Shown here piece after piece: positions 1 to 13,100 of a stretch of 64,000 nt of DNA. The notes below the pieces were generated by a model that saw only the letters and a program-made list of their open reading frames with translations, had not been told where the DNA came from and did no database searches. Source of the stretch: Podarcis cretensis (lineage: Eukaryota); the NCBI GenBank assembly GCA_951804945.1, contig OX638160.1, forward strand, positions 24,552,001 to 24,616,000, read 5' to 3'. The position numbers were made by a program, and so were the translations under genes. Position 1 is the first letter of the stretch; each line of letters begins with the position of its first letter.

Positions 1-22
1 GCATCCAAGGATATAGAGTACG

Positions 23-157
23 GATAGGGAACTTGTAACCCTCCAGCTGCTGTTGTACTCCAATGCCCATTGGCTGTAGCCACCATGGTCGATGGGCAGG
101 GATGATGGGAGTTGTAGTCCAACAAGATCTAGAGGTTCACAGGCTCCCCATCTCTGG
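23..157. mobile_element. Short hAT-like MITE (~140 bp squamate family), diverged
   Basis: GGGAAC..CCCTCCAG...GATGGGAGTTGTAGTCCAACA..TCTAGAGG..CAGG.TCCCCATCTCTG imperfect palindrome; related copies at ~33385-33470 and ~58720-58858. Confidence 0.65.
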
Positions 158-379
158 TGTAGAGGAAGCAATGCTTGGCTCAGCATGACACACTGACAGT
201 CACCGCTTCCTGTCCACAATCCATAAGAATGTTATGGATTGAAAAGTAAGGGACATCATGCCCCAAGTGAATCCCTAGGAAGTGGTGGCTAAAAAGACAT
301 AACAATGGGTCAAGGGGGTGGCTACTTTCATGCAGCTTTCTCTATGGGAACGCTCTACGTGGAGAGTTTTAAAATCATA

Positions 380-627
380 GAAGAAGAAGAGGAGTTTGGA
401 TTTGATATCCTGCTTTATCACTACCCGAAAGAGTCTCAAAGCAGCTAACATTCTCCTTTCCCTTCCTCCCCCACAACAAACACTCTGTGAGGTGAGTGGG
501 GCTGAGAGACTTCAGAGAAGTGTGACTAGCCCAAGGTCACCCAGCAGCTGCATGTGGAGGAGCGGAGACGCGAACCCGGTTCACCATATTACAAGTCTAC
601 CACTCTTAACCACTGCACCACACTGGC
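380..627 (-). mobile_element. tRNA-derived CORE-type squamate SINE (Squam2-like)
   Basis: Reverse strand: GCCAGTGTGGTG.AGTGGTTAAGAG (A box), GGTTCGCGTCTCC (B box), CORE-like GGGTGACCTTGGGCTAGTCAC, (TTC)n tail. Confidence 0.85.
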
Positions 628-1459
628 GAATGGAAAAGGAGGAGGAGGAGGTCCTTATACCAGGTCAGTTTATTGTCAACTCTGCCTGGCTGCTGCTTGC
701 CAGCATCTCGGACAGAATATTTCCCCCATCACCTGGAAACGTTGGCCCCAGAACTACACAGTACCCTCCCAAGTGTCATATAGTCTCTCTTGTGTGGCCC
801 ACATAGATGAGGCTGCTCATGGCTGGTTTGTATTGCAGAAATCATATGAAGGCACCATCATGCATTGGTTTGGAGAAGATTGCATGCTGCTGCAAACTAC
901 CCTAAACAGAAGTAGCATGGGCATCTAAATGTGATGAAACCAGGATGTCATCAGATAATGATGGGCCGAGAACCAGTTCTTGCAAAAGAGTTGTGGTAAG
1001 TTGTCTTCCCACGTGCCATTTTATAAATAAGCTCTATGAGAGCCGCTGTAACGTTCTCCTGTATCCCACATCAGGCTAGTTCTTGGGACTTGTTTACATC
1101 CTGCATCACACTTGTGAGCTATTGTGTCCCCTATTCATCCAAAGGGATAGCTTGCATTTTGTTCCCCAGCTGCCTCCTTCTTTCTCATGCCTACATACAC
1201 AGAGAATAAAAACTGCTTTGAGAGAAAATGTCATACAACTGCAGTGTATGAAAGGTCATTACTTGAATTACAAATCAGCTTATGCTGAATTTTCCACTTT
1301 TAAGTGCTGGCAAGGAAGTTCATCTTCTTTCCTTTTCTTTCTTTGCACTCTATTACGGTGCTTTTTTGCCCATTCTGCAAAGAATGGGCAGCAGATTCCT
1401 TCTTGGACTCATATGTATGAGTACATTTTTCTGCTTCTTATGAAACCAGCACAAACTGG

Positions 1460-1870
1460 TATAGGGGCAGGTACATATTTCAATTTCTGTTTCTCATTTT
1501 TCCAATTTGAAGTTCAGTTCTCCACAGTTCCACAGCAGCTTGCAATTTCTTTTTTAAAAGTCCTCATGAAAATTCAGTGCGCCTTTCTCATAATAAACAC
1601 ATTTCTGCATGCAATTTTGCCATAGCCTGCACATGTTGGCATATTTCCCCTAACACAAAACATTTTTTGTACATTTATTTTCAGTAATCTGTGAATTGTG
1701 ATGCAAAGTTTTATCTTGGTATTTGCATATTTGTACATATTACTTAGCTTGAGAATAAGGGAAAATTTGAATTTTGAAGGGTGGCTACATCTCAGTTTGT
1801 ATACTGCTTTAGAAAGTGCCAAATTAGTTTTGCCTTTAAATGTAAACTGAATTGAGCTGGTGATATGTGG
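1460..1870. mobile_element. AT-rich dispersed squamate repeat, probably non-autonomous DNA transposon
   Basis: Recognisable motifs AAGTTCAGTTCTCCACA..TTTTTAAAAGTCCTCATGAAAATTCA..ACACATTT..GCAATTTTGCC; explains spurious ORFs 1083..1625 and 1574..1918. Confidence 0.45.
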
Positions 1871-2042
1871 TAACTGACAGGACAGAATGAAACTTTCCAT
1901 TCCTACAAATAAGTCCAATTAAACCCCTGAGCCCAGAGATCTGGGTCCACCTGGAGACCAAAGTGAACAAATGCTCACAGCTTAGTTATACAGATTTTTT
2001 TCTTCCAGAAGTGAGCTCAAAGGAATTTACTCCCTGGTAAGT

Positions 2043-2368
2043 GCGCTGTGGGTTAAACCACAGAGCCTAGGACTTGCCAATCTGAAGGTTGGCAGTTTGA
2101 ATCCCCATGACGGGGTGAGCTCCCATTGCTCAGTCCCTGCTCCTGCCAACCTAGCAGTTCAAAAGCACGTCAAAGTGCAAGTAGATAAATAGGTACCGCT
2201 CCAGCGGGAAGGTAAACGGTGTTTCCGTGCGCTGCTCTGGTTCACCAGAAGCGGCTTAGTCATGCTGGCCACATGACCCGGAAGCTGTACGCCGGCTCCC
2301 TCGGCCAATAAAGCGAGATGAGCGCCGCAACCCCAGAGTCGTCTGCTACTGGACCTAATGGTCAGGGT
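2043..2368 (+). mobile_element. Sauria SINE
   Basis: GCGCTGTGGGTTAAACCACAGAGCCTAGG...AAAGTGCAAGTAGATAAATAGGTACCGCT...GGAAGGTAAACGG; near-identical to copies at 4552 and 28493. Confidence 0.92.
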
Positions 2369-4444
2369 GCATAAGGTTGCAGCTTGGCTTATCTGTAGCA
2401 ATGGATGTGGAGGGGGAAAGAAGCTTAGTCAATACAGAAAGCTTCCTTTTGTCATATTTGTACCTCCCTTTCAAGGCAATAGAAAATCCCTCTTTTGGAT
2501 AAATCACTGAATGCAGTTGTAAACACTATTGACAAATACTGAATTGCTTAATGATAAATTAGCAGTGTTTGGCACCTGCAGAATGGTAATGTATAGCACT
2601 AATGCAATGTCTAGACAGCTAAAGGAAAATGTGTTCTACAAATTGCAACAGAAATTATGGAGATAATTAACCTATGTTTAGTTCCACCACACATCAAAAA
2701 TGATGCTGTTCTAGGCATTCCTTTCTTAGCGTTTGGTAAGAACTATCAGCCTTTTGCCTCCCTTTTCAAGTGATGTGTTTCATACATTTCTCTAGCATTC
2801 AAACCACACAGGTGTGTGAAGTCACTGGTCTTGTGACAAGTAATACAAAAGACATCTTATACCTACTCTGGGAAGCCTTTGGATCACTGCCACCCTGGTC
2901 AAGTCCCCAGTACCCCTAAGCCAAAGTATGTGTAGTTGAAATAGACACATATTCTCCCATCCCAGGAAGAGGACATGAATGTTTGGTAGGATTCTGAACA
3001 AGAGCGCTCCATGTTACATTATGTTGACGACCTTACTTGTCTCATGAACTGTCTATTTGAAGCATCTGCACTGAGATATATGTTTGTGTCTGTGTTTGCT
3101 GTGCTCCACCACGGATTCTGTAGCTGGCCCGTCCCCACCTCAACTTGCCCCAGTTGTTCCTCAGCTTGCCTTTCGTACTATGGCAGCATTGTCTGCCACT
3201 GTCTCAGACTGCACCCTCATTGTTTTGGGCCAGCAGAAGTTGGGCTTCCTGGATAGCCCCATCTGTCTGTCTGTCTGTTTATGCATCCAATGCTGTTAGT
3301 TGCACAGGGCAAGGAGCAGAAATTGCTCCACATCTGGCAGATCCTAGGCAGTACAAACAGGATCAAAAAGCTGTGTTAACGGTGTGTGTGCATGGTGCCA
3401 TCTTCAGCTATTCTCTATTTCGGGGGTTTCCAGGCTGTGGTCTGTGGACCATCGGTGGTCTGCAGCATGTCTGTGGATCTGTGGTTAAGGATGGGAGATG
3501 GCAAGTCCATCACATTAAATATTCATATTAATATGTTATTGTATTTCAATCACTTCTTTTATTTCTTATATTGTATTTGATTGTGTTGTATTTTATTCTA
3601 TTCCATAGAATTATTATAATACAATAAAATACAATATAATAAAAAAATAAAAGCAGCAAGTAAAAATCAGAGAGTATCTAGCATACTGCTTTACAGTTGC
3701 TACAACATGGCAAAAATATATTTTAAAAAATCATTAAGTGGTCCACTAAGACCCAGAGCAATTTTCAAGTGGTACATAGGAGTGCGGAGAGGTAGGAACC
3801 TAAAACACATTCGCCAAATTGTGTTTGGGCGAAACAGAACATGAACACACATCTGGCAATCAACTGCAACAAGTAGGCAGGTCCTGCTTGTATGTCATGT
3901 GTGCACATAAGCCATTTCGAAAAGCGAGCTATACATTATGTTACATCCAGAACATTAATTAGTGGGTACTCCTATCTAGGCTTCTCCTCCCTTTAAATTA
4001 CAGCCTTGCCCACTGACATTTTCTTAATTTAAGGTGAATGACTCCCACCCTGCACCTCTGACCACCTTTAAATTAGTGATGTATAATTCCAACATTTCAT
4101 AGCTAAGTCCTTTAGTGCCACCTCGAGGTCACAGCTGAAGTAACAGGCAATAAGGCACTTTAAGCCCAAGATGCAGCATTCAAACTCCATAGAAGCTGCT
4201 GAACTGGATGGAATCCTCAGCATACCTCTGGGCTATAAAACAAGGAGTGGTGATCCTGAAACATATTAATATCACCGGATTAGGGACCTGTAAGAAACCT
4301 GAAGATCATCTCACTCATGTTCCTGCCACAAAGCAAGAACCTGCTAGTTTGCTCAGAGTGACATTTAACATTAAACTGGTAACAGAACAGGAATGTAGGC
4401 ACCTGCTTTATGTGATGTTAAGACTACCTAATTCTGACAGTTAG

Positions 4445-4960
4445 CAGCTCTTTAGGGCCTTGGACAAAGGTATCTCCCATCACCTGCTACCTGATCCTTA
4501 TACCAGGAGATGCTGAGGAATGAACTTTAGGGCTCCTGTATTCAAAAGCATAAAGGGACGCGGGTGGCGCTGTGGTCTAAACCACTGAGCCTAGGGCTTG
4601 CCAATTGGAAGGTTGGCAGTTCGAATCCCCACAACAGGGTGAGCTCCCATTGCTCAGTCCCAGCTCCTGTCCACCTAGCAGTTCGAAAGCACTTCAAAGT
4701 GCAAGTAGATAAATAGGTACCGCTCCGGCGGGAAGGTAAACGGCATTTACGTGCGCTGCTCTGGTTTCGCCAGAAGTGGCTTAGTCATGCTGGCCACATC
4801 ACCCAGAAAAACTGTCTGCGGACAAATGTCGGCTCCCTTGGCCAGTAAAGTGAGATGAGCACCGCAACCCAGAGTCGTTCGCGACTGGACTTAACTGTCA
4901 GGGGTCCTTTACCTTTACCTTTTTATTCAAAAGCATGGGTGTTTGAGCTATAGGGCCTCT
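4445..4960 (-). mobile_element. Older tRNA-derived SINE (Squam3-like) split by the Sauria SINE
   Basis: GGAGATGCTGAGGAATGAAC...CTGTATTCAAAAGCAT|GGG..TGAGCTAT is the reverse complement of the head seen at 7230. Confidence 0.6.
4552..4923 (+). mobile_element. Full-length Sauria SINE with 13-bp TSD
   Basis: GGGACGCGGGTGGCGCTGTGG head, (ACCTTT)n tail, TSD TATTCAAAAGCAT at 4539-4551 and 4924-4936. Confidence 0.95.
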
Positions 4961-5118
4961 CTGCATACATCATGCTTCCGGTTTCTCCATGTTGATTCAC
5001 TGTCCAAAATACGCCTTTGACATCTCTCTGCCTGCCTGAGTGTTCCTGACTGCTGTAGAGAAGGGCTCTTACATTAGAAGCTGGAAACAATGGAGGTGAC
5101 ATAAGCATCCTTCCAAGT

Positions 5119-5235
5119 CATGGGTAGGTAAACTAAGGCCCGGGGGCCGGCTCCAGCCCAATTGCCTTCTAAATCCAGCCCATGGACGGTCCGGGAATCA
5201 GCATGTTTTTACATGAGTAGAATGTGTCCTTTTAC
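5119..5235 (+). mobile_element. Left end of hAT (Charlie-like) MITE, truncated
   Basis: CATGGGTAGGTAAACTAAGGCCCGGGGGCCGG..CCAGCCC terminus typical of hAT MITEs. Confidence 0.6.
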
Positions 5236-5819
5236 TGTGGTATCTCTGGTTGCGACGGCAGATCCGTTTCACTACCAGTGTAAAGACTAAGGCTGTGAAC
5301 GCACAAACATTTACCTGAGGGCGTCACTGAACTCAGTATGACTTCCTTCTAAAAAGACGTACCTGAGATTGCAGTTGGTTAACCAGCACTTGCAGTAACT
5401 GGCAAATTCATGCTGCCTTGCTGGAATGGAAGAGTTTATACTAATTTTTTGGGTGTCAGATAAAACTACTCTAAACCTTAAACTTTACAAAATAAATAGA
5501 AGAAGCAACAAAACCAAGTGAGTGCTAGAGGGTCCTTCGTCCACCCTGCGGGAAAGGATCAGTTTAAGGTCCCACATCTGTTCAGTTTTCTGGACTACTC
5601 AGAGATGTGTACGTCACATTTTGAATATAGCACCTCTCTTCAGCTTTACCTTTTAGCCCTCGAAAACACCTTCTGACATACGCAGTGTAAAATAAAACCA
5701 TAACACTATTTCAAAACAAAAGGTGAGAAAGATCCTTTTTCAAACACATTCTTAGATCAAGTTCTGATGTACTCCAGAATTTTACCAAGTGATCAACAAA
5801 AAAGTGGTATGCAGAAGAG

Positions 5820-5950
5820 CATCAGTGGTAGAGCATCTCTGTTTGCATGCAGAAGGTTTCAGGGAATGCCCCGCATCTGAATCCCTGGAGAGCCATTACC
5901 CACCAGTGTAGACAATAATGAGTTACGTGGGCCAATGGTCTAAGTCACAT
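5820..5950 (+). mobile_element. Squam3-like tRNA-derived SINE (internally deleted)
   Basis: CAGTGGTAGAGCATCT..TTTGCATGCAGAAGG head; CCCTGGAGAGCC..CCAGTGTAGACAATA..GGGCCAATGGTCT tail. Confidence 0.7.
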
Positions 5951-6299
5951 CGTCCAGCTTACAAGCTACGCGTCATTTCTACAAAAGCTTGTATTCTAAA
6001 GAGAAGCTTTACTAATTAAGCACTGTAGGCTAATTCTTTATCACACAAGGGCATTCTTGCTGGACTAGCCAGACAATCTAAATCCCTCATGGGATGGCGA
6101 AGAGTAAGGATTAGTATGCTATTTCTACCCACCACTGCAGGTACCCTTCACAAGTTGGAGTCATAATCATGGGGATGGGAATCACAGGGACCCTACCAGA
6201 ATAGAGCAGGTTTCTATGGAATCCACTCCCACAAGAGGTAGGGACAATCACCAAACTTGGATAGTCTTTAAAAGATCAGACATATTCCCATATGAGAAC

Positions 6300-6406
6300 A
6301 CCATTGCACTCATGTCCTGGTTGCAGGCTTCACATAGCCAGTGTGCAAACAGGATACTAGATTAGATGGGCCTTTGGCCTGATCCAGCAAGGTGTTTATG
6401 TTCTTA
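6300..6406 (+). mobile_element. CR1-like LINE 3' end
   Basis: CAGGATACTAGATTAGATGGGCCTTTGGCCTGATCCAGCA..TTATGTTCTTA terminal motif. Confidence 0.6.
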
Positions 6407-6785
6407 GAAGTTATCCCTCCAGTTCATGGAGGGCAGCTGCACTGGGGTGCAGCTAGAGCACTCATCTCCACTCTCCCTCATCATGTTTTTTTCCTTAATG
6501 CTGGTTCTGTGTTCTTTTTTCAATTCAAATGGTGCAACTAATTTTCACCATTGAAATATTCAAATTGCAACACACCAAAGTTAAAAATAGATGCACTGGT
6601 TCCAGTCCAAAGAGCCAGTTTACATGCATGTAAAATTACTGTACATATGCCCCCTAGCAGAGCTCTTTTACTGGCAAATCAGTCCCCACTTCCCTTCTTG
6701 TCCTTTTCAGAGTAAATATTGCACTCACTGCTAGCAGTATTTGTAAGTGTAAAAAACATAAGTCTTGCTTTACACAGCCAAGCAC

Positions 6786-6791
6786 TTTAAT
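6786..6791 (-). terminator. Candidate distal ARL5B poly(A) signal (ATTAAA)
   Basis: Followed on the minus strand by GU/U-rich sequence; would give a ~3.3 kb 3' UTR. Confidence 0.35.
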
Positions 6792-7229
6792 TCACCCCAA
6801 CAAAATAATTACAATGCAATACCATGCTGATCATTTGTTATAAAAAAGTGTACAAGATTGATAAACCACTTGAGTGATCAAATGACAAACATTATCTTGG
6901 ACAAAAAGGGCCATGTTTTTCAAACCCTGTGGCATCATAAGTACAGATTAAACACTGAATGCTTCCTTGCCTAATGGTAAATTCACAGTTCCTGTGCAGC
7001 TCTTGAGCAAAGCCAAGATGAAGAAGGCAGGGCAAATTGGAAAAATCATGGTATTCTCAACAGATAGTACCAGTAAAGAAAAATCTCTTCCAATTTAGCA
7101 CGAACATCCCTGAAGAATTTTTTTAATGACCAGGGACTAAGATCAGAAATAGACTTCATTTGAAATGTATTTGTTAAGATGCTAAGAAAAAAGTTCTAAA
7201 TATATTTCAATAGATATGAAAACGTACAC

Positions 7230-7405
7230 AGGGAGGAACCATAGCTGAACAGAATACATGCTTTGCATGCAGAAGGTCCTAAATTCAACCCAAGGCATCT
7301 CCAGCTTAAACAAGGAATAGGTTGCAGGTGATGAGAAAGACCCCTGCCCGAGTCAACAATACTGGGCTACAGGAACAAGGAGCTTCACACATATAAGGCA
7401 GCTTA
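7230..7405 (+). mobile_element. Squam3-like tRNA-derived SINE
   Basis: CCATAGCT..CATGCTTTGCATGCAGAAGGTCC..TTCAA.CC..GGCATCTCCAG...ATAAGGCAGCTT. Confidence 0.7.
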
Positions 7406-8439
7406 ATCTTATCCCAACAAAGGTCTTCGGTTTGATGCTTAGCTTATACCTCTAACTCTTGCCGTGTGTGGCCTTTAGCAAATATAACATTGCACATCCA
7501 ATTTTACAGGAACATGTGCCTATATTCGACAGTGCAAGCCAAAGGAGTTGACACCATTAAGAGAAAAAAGCCCAGATCTCACTGCATTTTTTTTTTTACA
7601 AGCCCAGTGATGAAAGCTACTGTACCGTTGCTTGGCATGCTAGGGCTGAACAGAAAGAAGGCAGAATGACTTGAGGGTTCACCCCTTACACATTGCAACA
7701 ACAGAGGCAAATAACAATTGCTTTCAAACTGAATTGCTGGGGGAGATCACAATTCCAAAGTGTGAGGGGTTCTTTTCTTACAGAACACCATTTGCCTGGG
7801 GGGGGGGATATTGGAGAGAAAAAATTGTGCGCACTAAAGTATGTCACCTTCACCGGGAGAAAATGAACCCAATGGAAATTCAGTTCAGCCCCAGTTGCAA
7901 TGCAGTATTTCTACCCCAATCCACACACAGGTTAAGCCACAAAGGGCAGCTGTTCTGCAGCCTCTGAAGTTGTCTGGCATTTCAGGGAAGCACTGAATAC
8001 AAGAGCTTTCACGTAATGCTAAGTGTCAGATCACATACATTACCAGCATTGCCTTAAGACAGAAAACAACTGAGAGGGGAATCAATTGACATTATAGAAG
8101 GCAGACAAAATGATATTTAAAAACACCACAGAAAACTGTTACTGAAAAATTTACAGTGATTTCTTGGTGTGGGGACGACAACAAAGCAAACCACTTTAAT
8201 GCATTAGTTAATGCTTTTTGTAGAAAAGCTAGTTCAATTTGTGCCAACAGAGTAGTTATTTTCAAGCGTACTTTTTGCTCCAATTCTCTCCAACAGAGAT
8301 GTAGGTAGGCCTCACATTTGAAGGTGTGTGCATATTTTACAGACACAATTCAAATAAATGATTTCTGTGCCACAATCATCCAGAATCTGATTGTAGAATT
8401 TCACTGACAAGCGGAATACCCAGAAAAAAATGGCTTTTC

Positions 8440-9265
8440 CAAAGGATTGCACTTGCTTGGAAGGAGCAGGTCCACAGCCGGGGGTGGGGGGGTGGTCCTG
8501 GATTCAGACCCATTACTGGAGGCCTCAGTGGCAAGGGGTGCCTTTTCCGACCTCCAGCCGGCTCGCCATCTACAGTCCCTTTTTCACAGAAATGACTTGG
8601 CCACTGCACTCCATGTTCTAGTGACTTGGACTGGATCCTTGCAATGCCCTCTGTGTGCAGCTGTCCTTGAAAACAAGTAGTCCAAAATGCAGCAGCCAGA
8701 TTACTGCTGAGGTTCCATTTAGATTTCACACACCTTAAAAACAGCTGCGTTGGTTTGCCAGTTTGTTTCCGGATCCAATTCAAGTAATAATAATAATAAT
8801 AATAATTTATTATTTGTACCCCGCCCATCTGGCTGGGTCTCCCCAGCCACTCTGGGCGGCTTCCATAAAAACCAAAAATACACTAAAATATCACAGATTA
8901 AAAACTTCCCTGAAGGTGCTCATGTTAAGCGTTTAAAGCCCTGAACAACTCAGGCCCAGATATCTGAAAGCCCACCACCTCCTCTATAGATCCTCTTGTA
9001 TGTTAAGATTGGCAGAGGCGAACTTCAAACCACCCTAAGATATTCAGGGGTGCAGTGGCCTACAGGAGCACATACACTGTGGCAGACCCAAGTTGTGGAA
9101 TTCCCTCCTTCCTTCACTATACGTTTTTGGGGCAGAAGACATAACTCTTTATCTGCCTTTGACACCCTGAGATGTATACTTTGTAGGACCCATCCTATTT
9201 TTGTGATTGTGAGCCGTTTTAATGTTTGTATTTAAAACTGTTGCAATGCTCCTTGGCACCTAAGG
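8440..9265 (+). mobile_element. Degenerate L2 LINE ORF2 C-terminus/3' region
   Basis: Decayed LDY-CNAL, VQNAAARLL, LHWLP-RIQFK, KALN-LGP-YL motifs of L2 ORF2. Confidence 0.7.
8785..8911 (-). mobile_element. Young L2-like 3' end with (TTA)n tail, nested in older L2
   Basis: Near-identical reverse complement of 40006-40156. Confidence 0.8.
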
Positions 9266-10068
9266 ATGAAGGTTGGGTAATAAAGAAAATAACAAATACA
9301 AATGCTGAATGTTTGGCTTTCACGTACTGTTACGAGACAATATTGTTAGAGAAGCTATACCTCCACTTATTTCAACACTTTCCCCTATTCAAACATACAT
9401 TGCTAAAACACAATGCACTCAAATTTGTCCTCCTTGCCAACATGCAGCATATTCACTGATTTACCAAAAATAAAAATAAACAAAAAAATTCAGGTAAACC
9501 GAATATATAAAACACTTAGCAGTCAATTTAAGTTTCTTTCTTTTAAAAAAGGTGTATGTTCACCAAGTCATAAAATGCAATACATAAACAAAAAAGGCAA
9601 CAACAGCAAATAAATAACTTTCAATGTTAGAGAACTCCTGTAGTGTGCATCAATATTTGAACTCCGATCAACTGGAATCACGTTGACTTTAGTACCCATA
9701 ACCTTGGGATTCTTAAAGCTAATTGTTGCAGCATAGAAACAGGAAAGGAAGGAGACCGACCTATGTTAGAGGCGATTACTGTAAGCAGCAAGAATAAGGA
9801 GCATTTTCAATGGCAAATTGTTACAAGGCAGTCATTTAGCTTATATAGGAGAGCTTTCATATAGTCCCACTTGTTCATCCATCCAAGATTAGTGCATTTT
9901 AAAAATGTTAAAAAATACTTTTGAGTTTAAGTTCAGCTGCACTTGATTCAAGTGTTGCTTGTGGAGGTTTCAGAAGTTTTAAGTTAAGTTTGTTGCTGCC
10001 TCAGCAGCCAAGTGTACCGCAAAGGAGTTTGTCCATAGGCAAGTGTCACTTTGACTCCAGAAAAGAAG

Positions 10069-10117
10069 TTATCTTACTCCAATTCGGGAAGTCATCCATT
10101 CCAGGCCTTGGCACAAT
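10069..10117 (-). CDS. ARL5B: ARL5B exon 6 coding part (49 nt incl. TAA)
   Basis: [15 protein letters not shown]; polypyrimidine-cag acceptor. Confidence 0.95.
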
Positions 10118-13100
10118 CTGAAAAAGGGGAAGAAAACCCAAGTCTTAATAATAAACATACAGGGTGCAAAATCACTATGCTACGTGTCACCAATTGTACA
10201 GATTTTGCTTTTCTCTACTTAATGTTACCAAAGTATTAAAACCATCTTACAAAACATTTTTTTAAAAATAAAATATTTTGAATCAAATAAATGTGAGCAT
10301 GCTGCTGGAAAAAACACACACACTTCTATTATTACGACAAATTGTGCACGTTGGTCATTGGAGGCCTTTCTGAAAGCTATCTGGGAATACTGTGAGGGAT
10401 TGAAATTTATGGCACAGCAAGCAGGTGATATTGCATGGGAATTGTAGCATGGAATCTACCCCAATATTGGATTTAATCCAAAGGGATGGTTGCACAAGTG
10501 GAATACACTTCTATCTGTGATGGGGTGGGAGCTGTGCATCTGATTTTTGGAGATCAGGAGGAGGGGCAAATGAGCCTGAGGTTTTGCTTTCACACTTTTG
10601 GAGTGCAGCACATTGGGTATTGCTGTGCTAACCCATGGCTTCCTGTTGAGCGTGAATACTTTCCGACAAGTTGCCAGTTTCTGTACACAAGCATTTATTT
10701 AACACTATGAGTACTTACCCTTCTCCTGTTAGCGCACAACAGGACTGAATGTGCCATGGGTGATCCTTTATGGAACTAAGGGTGAGGTACTTGGAAATTT
10801 CAGCTGCCGACATACAGCCTTTCATATCTTGCTTATTTGCAAAGATGAGAACTGCAGCTTTCCGCAAATCCTGTAAATGACGTCTAATTAGAAAATTTAT
10901 GTTTCCATAGCCCTAACAGCTACATAATCCTTGATTTTTTTAAAAAAGAAAGCAAAAATAGATATTTTCCACTATATTTAAGGTTGCTTTTGTTGCAATT
11001 CTGCCAACTGCATAAGCATAGGTTGTAGATTTGTTCCTGCTACACTTCCCCTTCCAAAGCATCAACTCTTATCACCAGTCTCAACACATATTGTTAAAGC
11101 CAACCAAATCAGAATTCATTATGATGTATATGGAGACAAGTACTAGACTTTAAAAAAATTAGGGTACAACCCTGTACCCAATTTCCTGGGTAGAAGTCTC
11201 ACTGAACTCAAAAGCCTAGTAAATATGTGTAGGATTGTGGAGATTAGCTAATGCTTTTCATTTCTGTGGCTATTTTTTAAAAAGAATAGCTTGGATCCAA
11301 ATATGCTGTTTCAAAAGCAAAAGGCACTAGACTTACATAAGGGAAGCAGCCCCACCCCGCCTTCTTCTCTGCCAACCCCCTCTCCCCTATCTACTGCAGC
11401 CACCTGCATTTCTTGAAAAACTGCTCCCGAGGGGCAATAAATCTTTCACACTTTATGGGATGTAGCAAAACTTGGGGCTCTGCCAATTTCAACTTGTGTA
11501 ATATTTTGGGCAATGCTTTGTGTCCCAACCATTGTCTGTATTCTTAGAATGCACACAGAATATAGAATATCGTACCTCATGTGCCAACATTCTGTATAGT
11601 TCTTCTTTTATGATAGATAGTCTCTCTCGGTCAATGCTGTCCACTACAAGGATAATAAACTGTGGAAAGAAAGAAGAAAAGGTGGACAAAAAGCTAAAGG
11701 TAGCCACCATGTTTCTAACTAAGGTATGACTGAATGAAATGATACATTTGTGTTACAACAAAATGGCTATACAGGCACACATGTGTTCAACTTGTGCATA
11801 ATCACTGGGAAATAAATAAATGTTGTGATTCAAACCTGGAAAGGGTGAGAGAGAGCTGGAGAGTCCTTGTGGTTTGCGAGGAGCCCCTCCCTAGAGCCTG
11901 AAGAGGGATTTTTCTTTTAGCTTATGAAGGAGCAGGGTTCCAACCTGTTGCTGCGCTACCACACTCATCACCTGAGAGGCAGGGAAGACGCTTTGCAGCA
12001 GGTCTCGCTTGCATGACTTTTCCAGTCTCTCTCAGGTTACAGAGCTTGTGGATACTTTTCTTGGGGTGGGGGCATCTTCTGCTTCCAAAGTGGACAGCAA
12101 AAAAGGTTTCTGTTTTAAAAAGCTTACTGGCTCCAGAGCTGAACCCAAAATGGCATGCAGGACCCTCTCTGCTGCTGCTGCGCCACCCCGCTCAACAGCT
12201 GATGGGCAGGAAACCGTTCCCTGCAGTGGGCTCAGCTGTGCGGCTTCTCTGCCCTTACTGGTGAGACTGAGGGTGAGGAGAGGGGAGGAAGGGAGTATCT
12301 GCTGCCCCTTAAATAGCTCTTGCTTGGCTCCTACCCTTCCAAACAAAAGGGGGAGGGGAAACACAGCCACTCAAAAAAAACCCCTTTCAAGCTCCCTACT
12401 TACACATATTTTGCTTATGGGGGCAGGGGCTTGAAACACAACCCCTGTTTAAGTGGGGAGTCCCCTGTACACAGCATTCTTTAATTTCCTACTGCTATCT
12501 GAGGCAGTACAGGGCAGGGAAAGTGAGCTCAATAAAACAAAATGGCAATAGCAACAAGAGCAGTGTCTGGACCCTTGTTGCTTCCACACAGGCACACTAG
12601 AAAGAGTCAGGAATGCTTCCCAGTTCAACCCCGTCATTCATATTTACCAGAGATCAACATCAAGAACTCATTCTTATGAATGAGCCAAGGAAGGGGGAGC
12701 ACTTCCGATGGTCTGAAAAGCCTTTCAGAGGCTTAATACAAAAAACTTTTCTACTGTTTTCTCCTCAGCTACTTCCCTTCCTCTCTCTTGGATCTTGCCT
12801 TAAGCCTCGTGGGCCAAGGGGGATGGAACCCTCAGAAAATTGTCACACACGTTTGCCAGCACAGTCCTGGGTCTTTTGGGTTGCCTAAATTAAGAACAGC
12901 ATCAACATACCTCTGTATTTGAATAATAGGTATTCCAGGACGATCTTAAAGACTCTTGTCCTCCAATATCCCACATGAGGAAATGGGTGTTTTTAACTAC
13001 TATTTCTTCAACATTGCTTCCTATAGTGGGAGATGTGTGAACCACCTCATTCATTAGGCTAAAGGGGATGAAAAAGTTGTATGTTTATCAAGGTCATCCA

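Noticed and set aside
396-1918. Long ORFs 396..806, 554..928, 1083..1625, 1574..1918
   Set aside because: Overlap SINE and AT-rich repeat sequence, several start at non-ATG codons, no protein motifs
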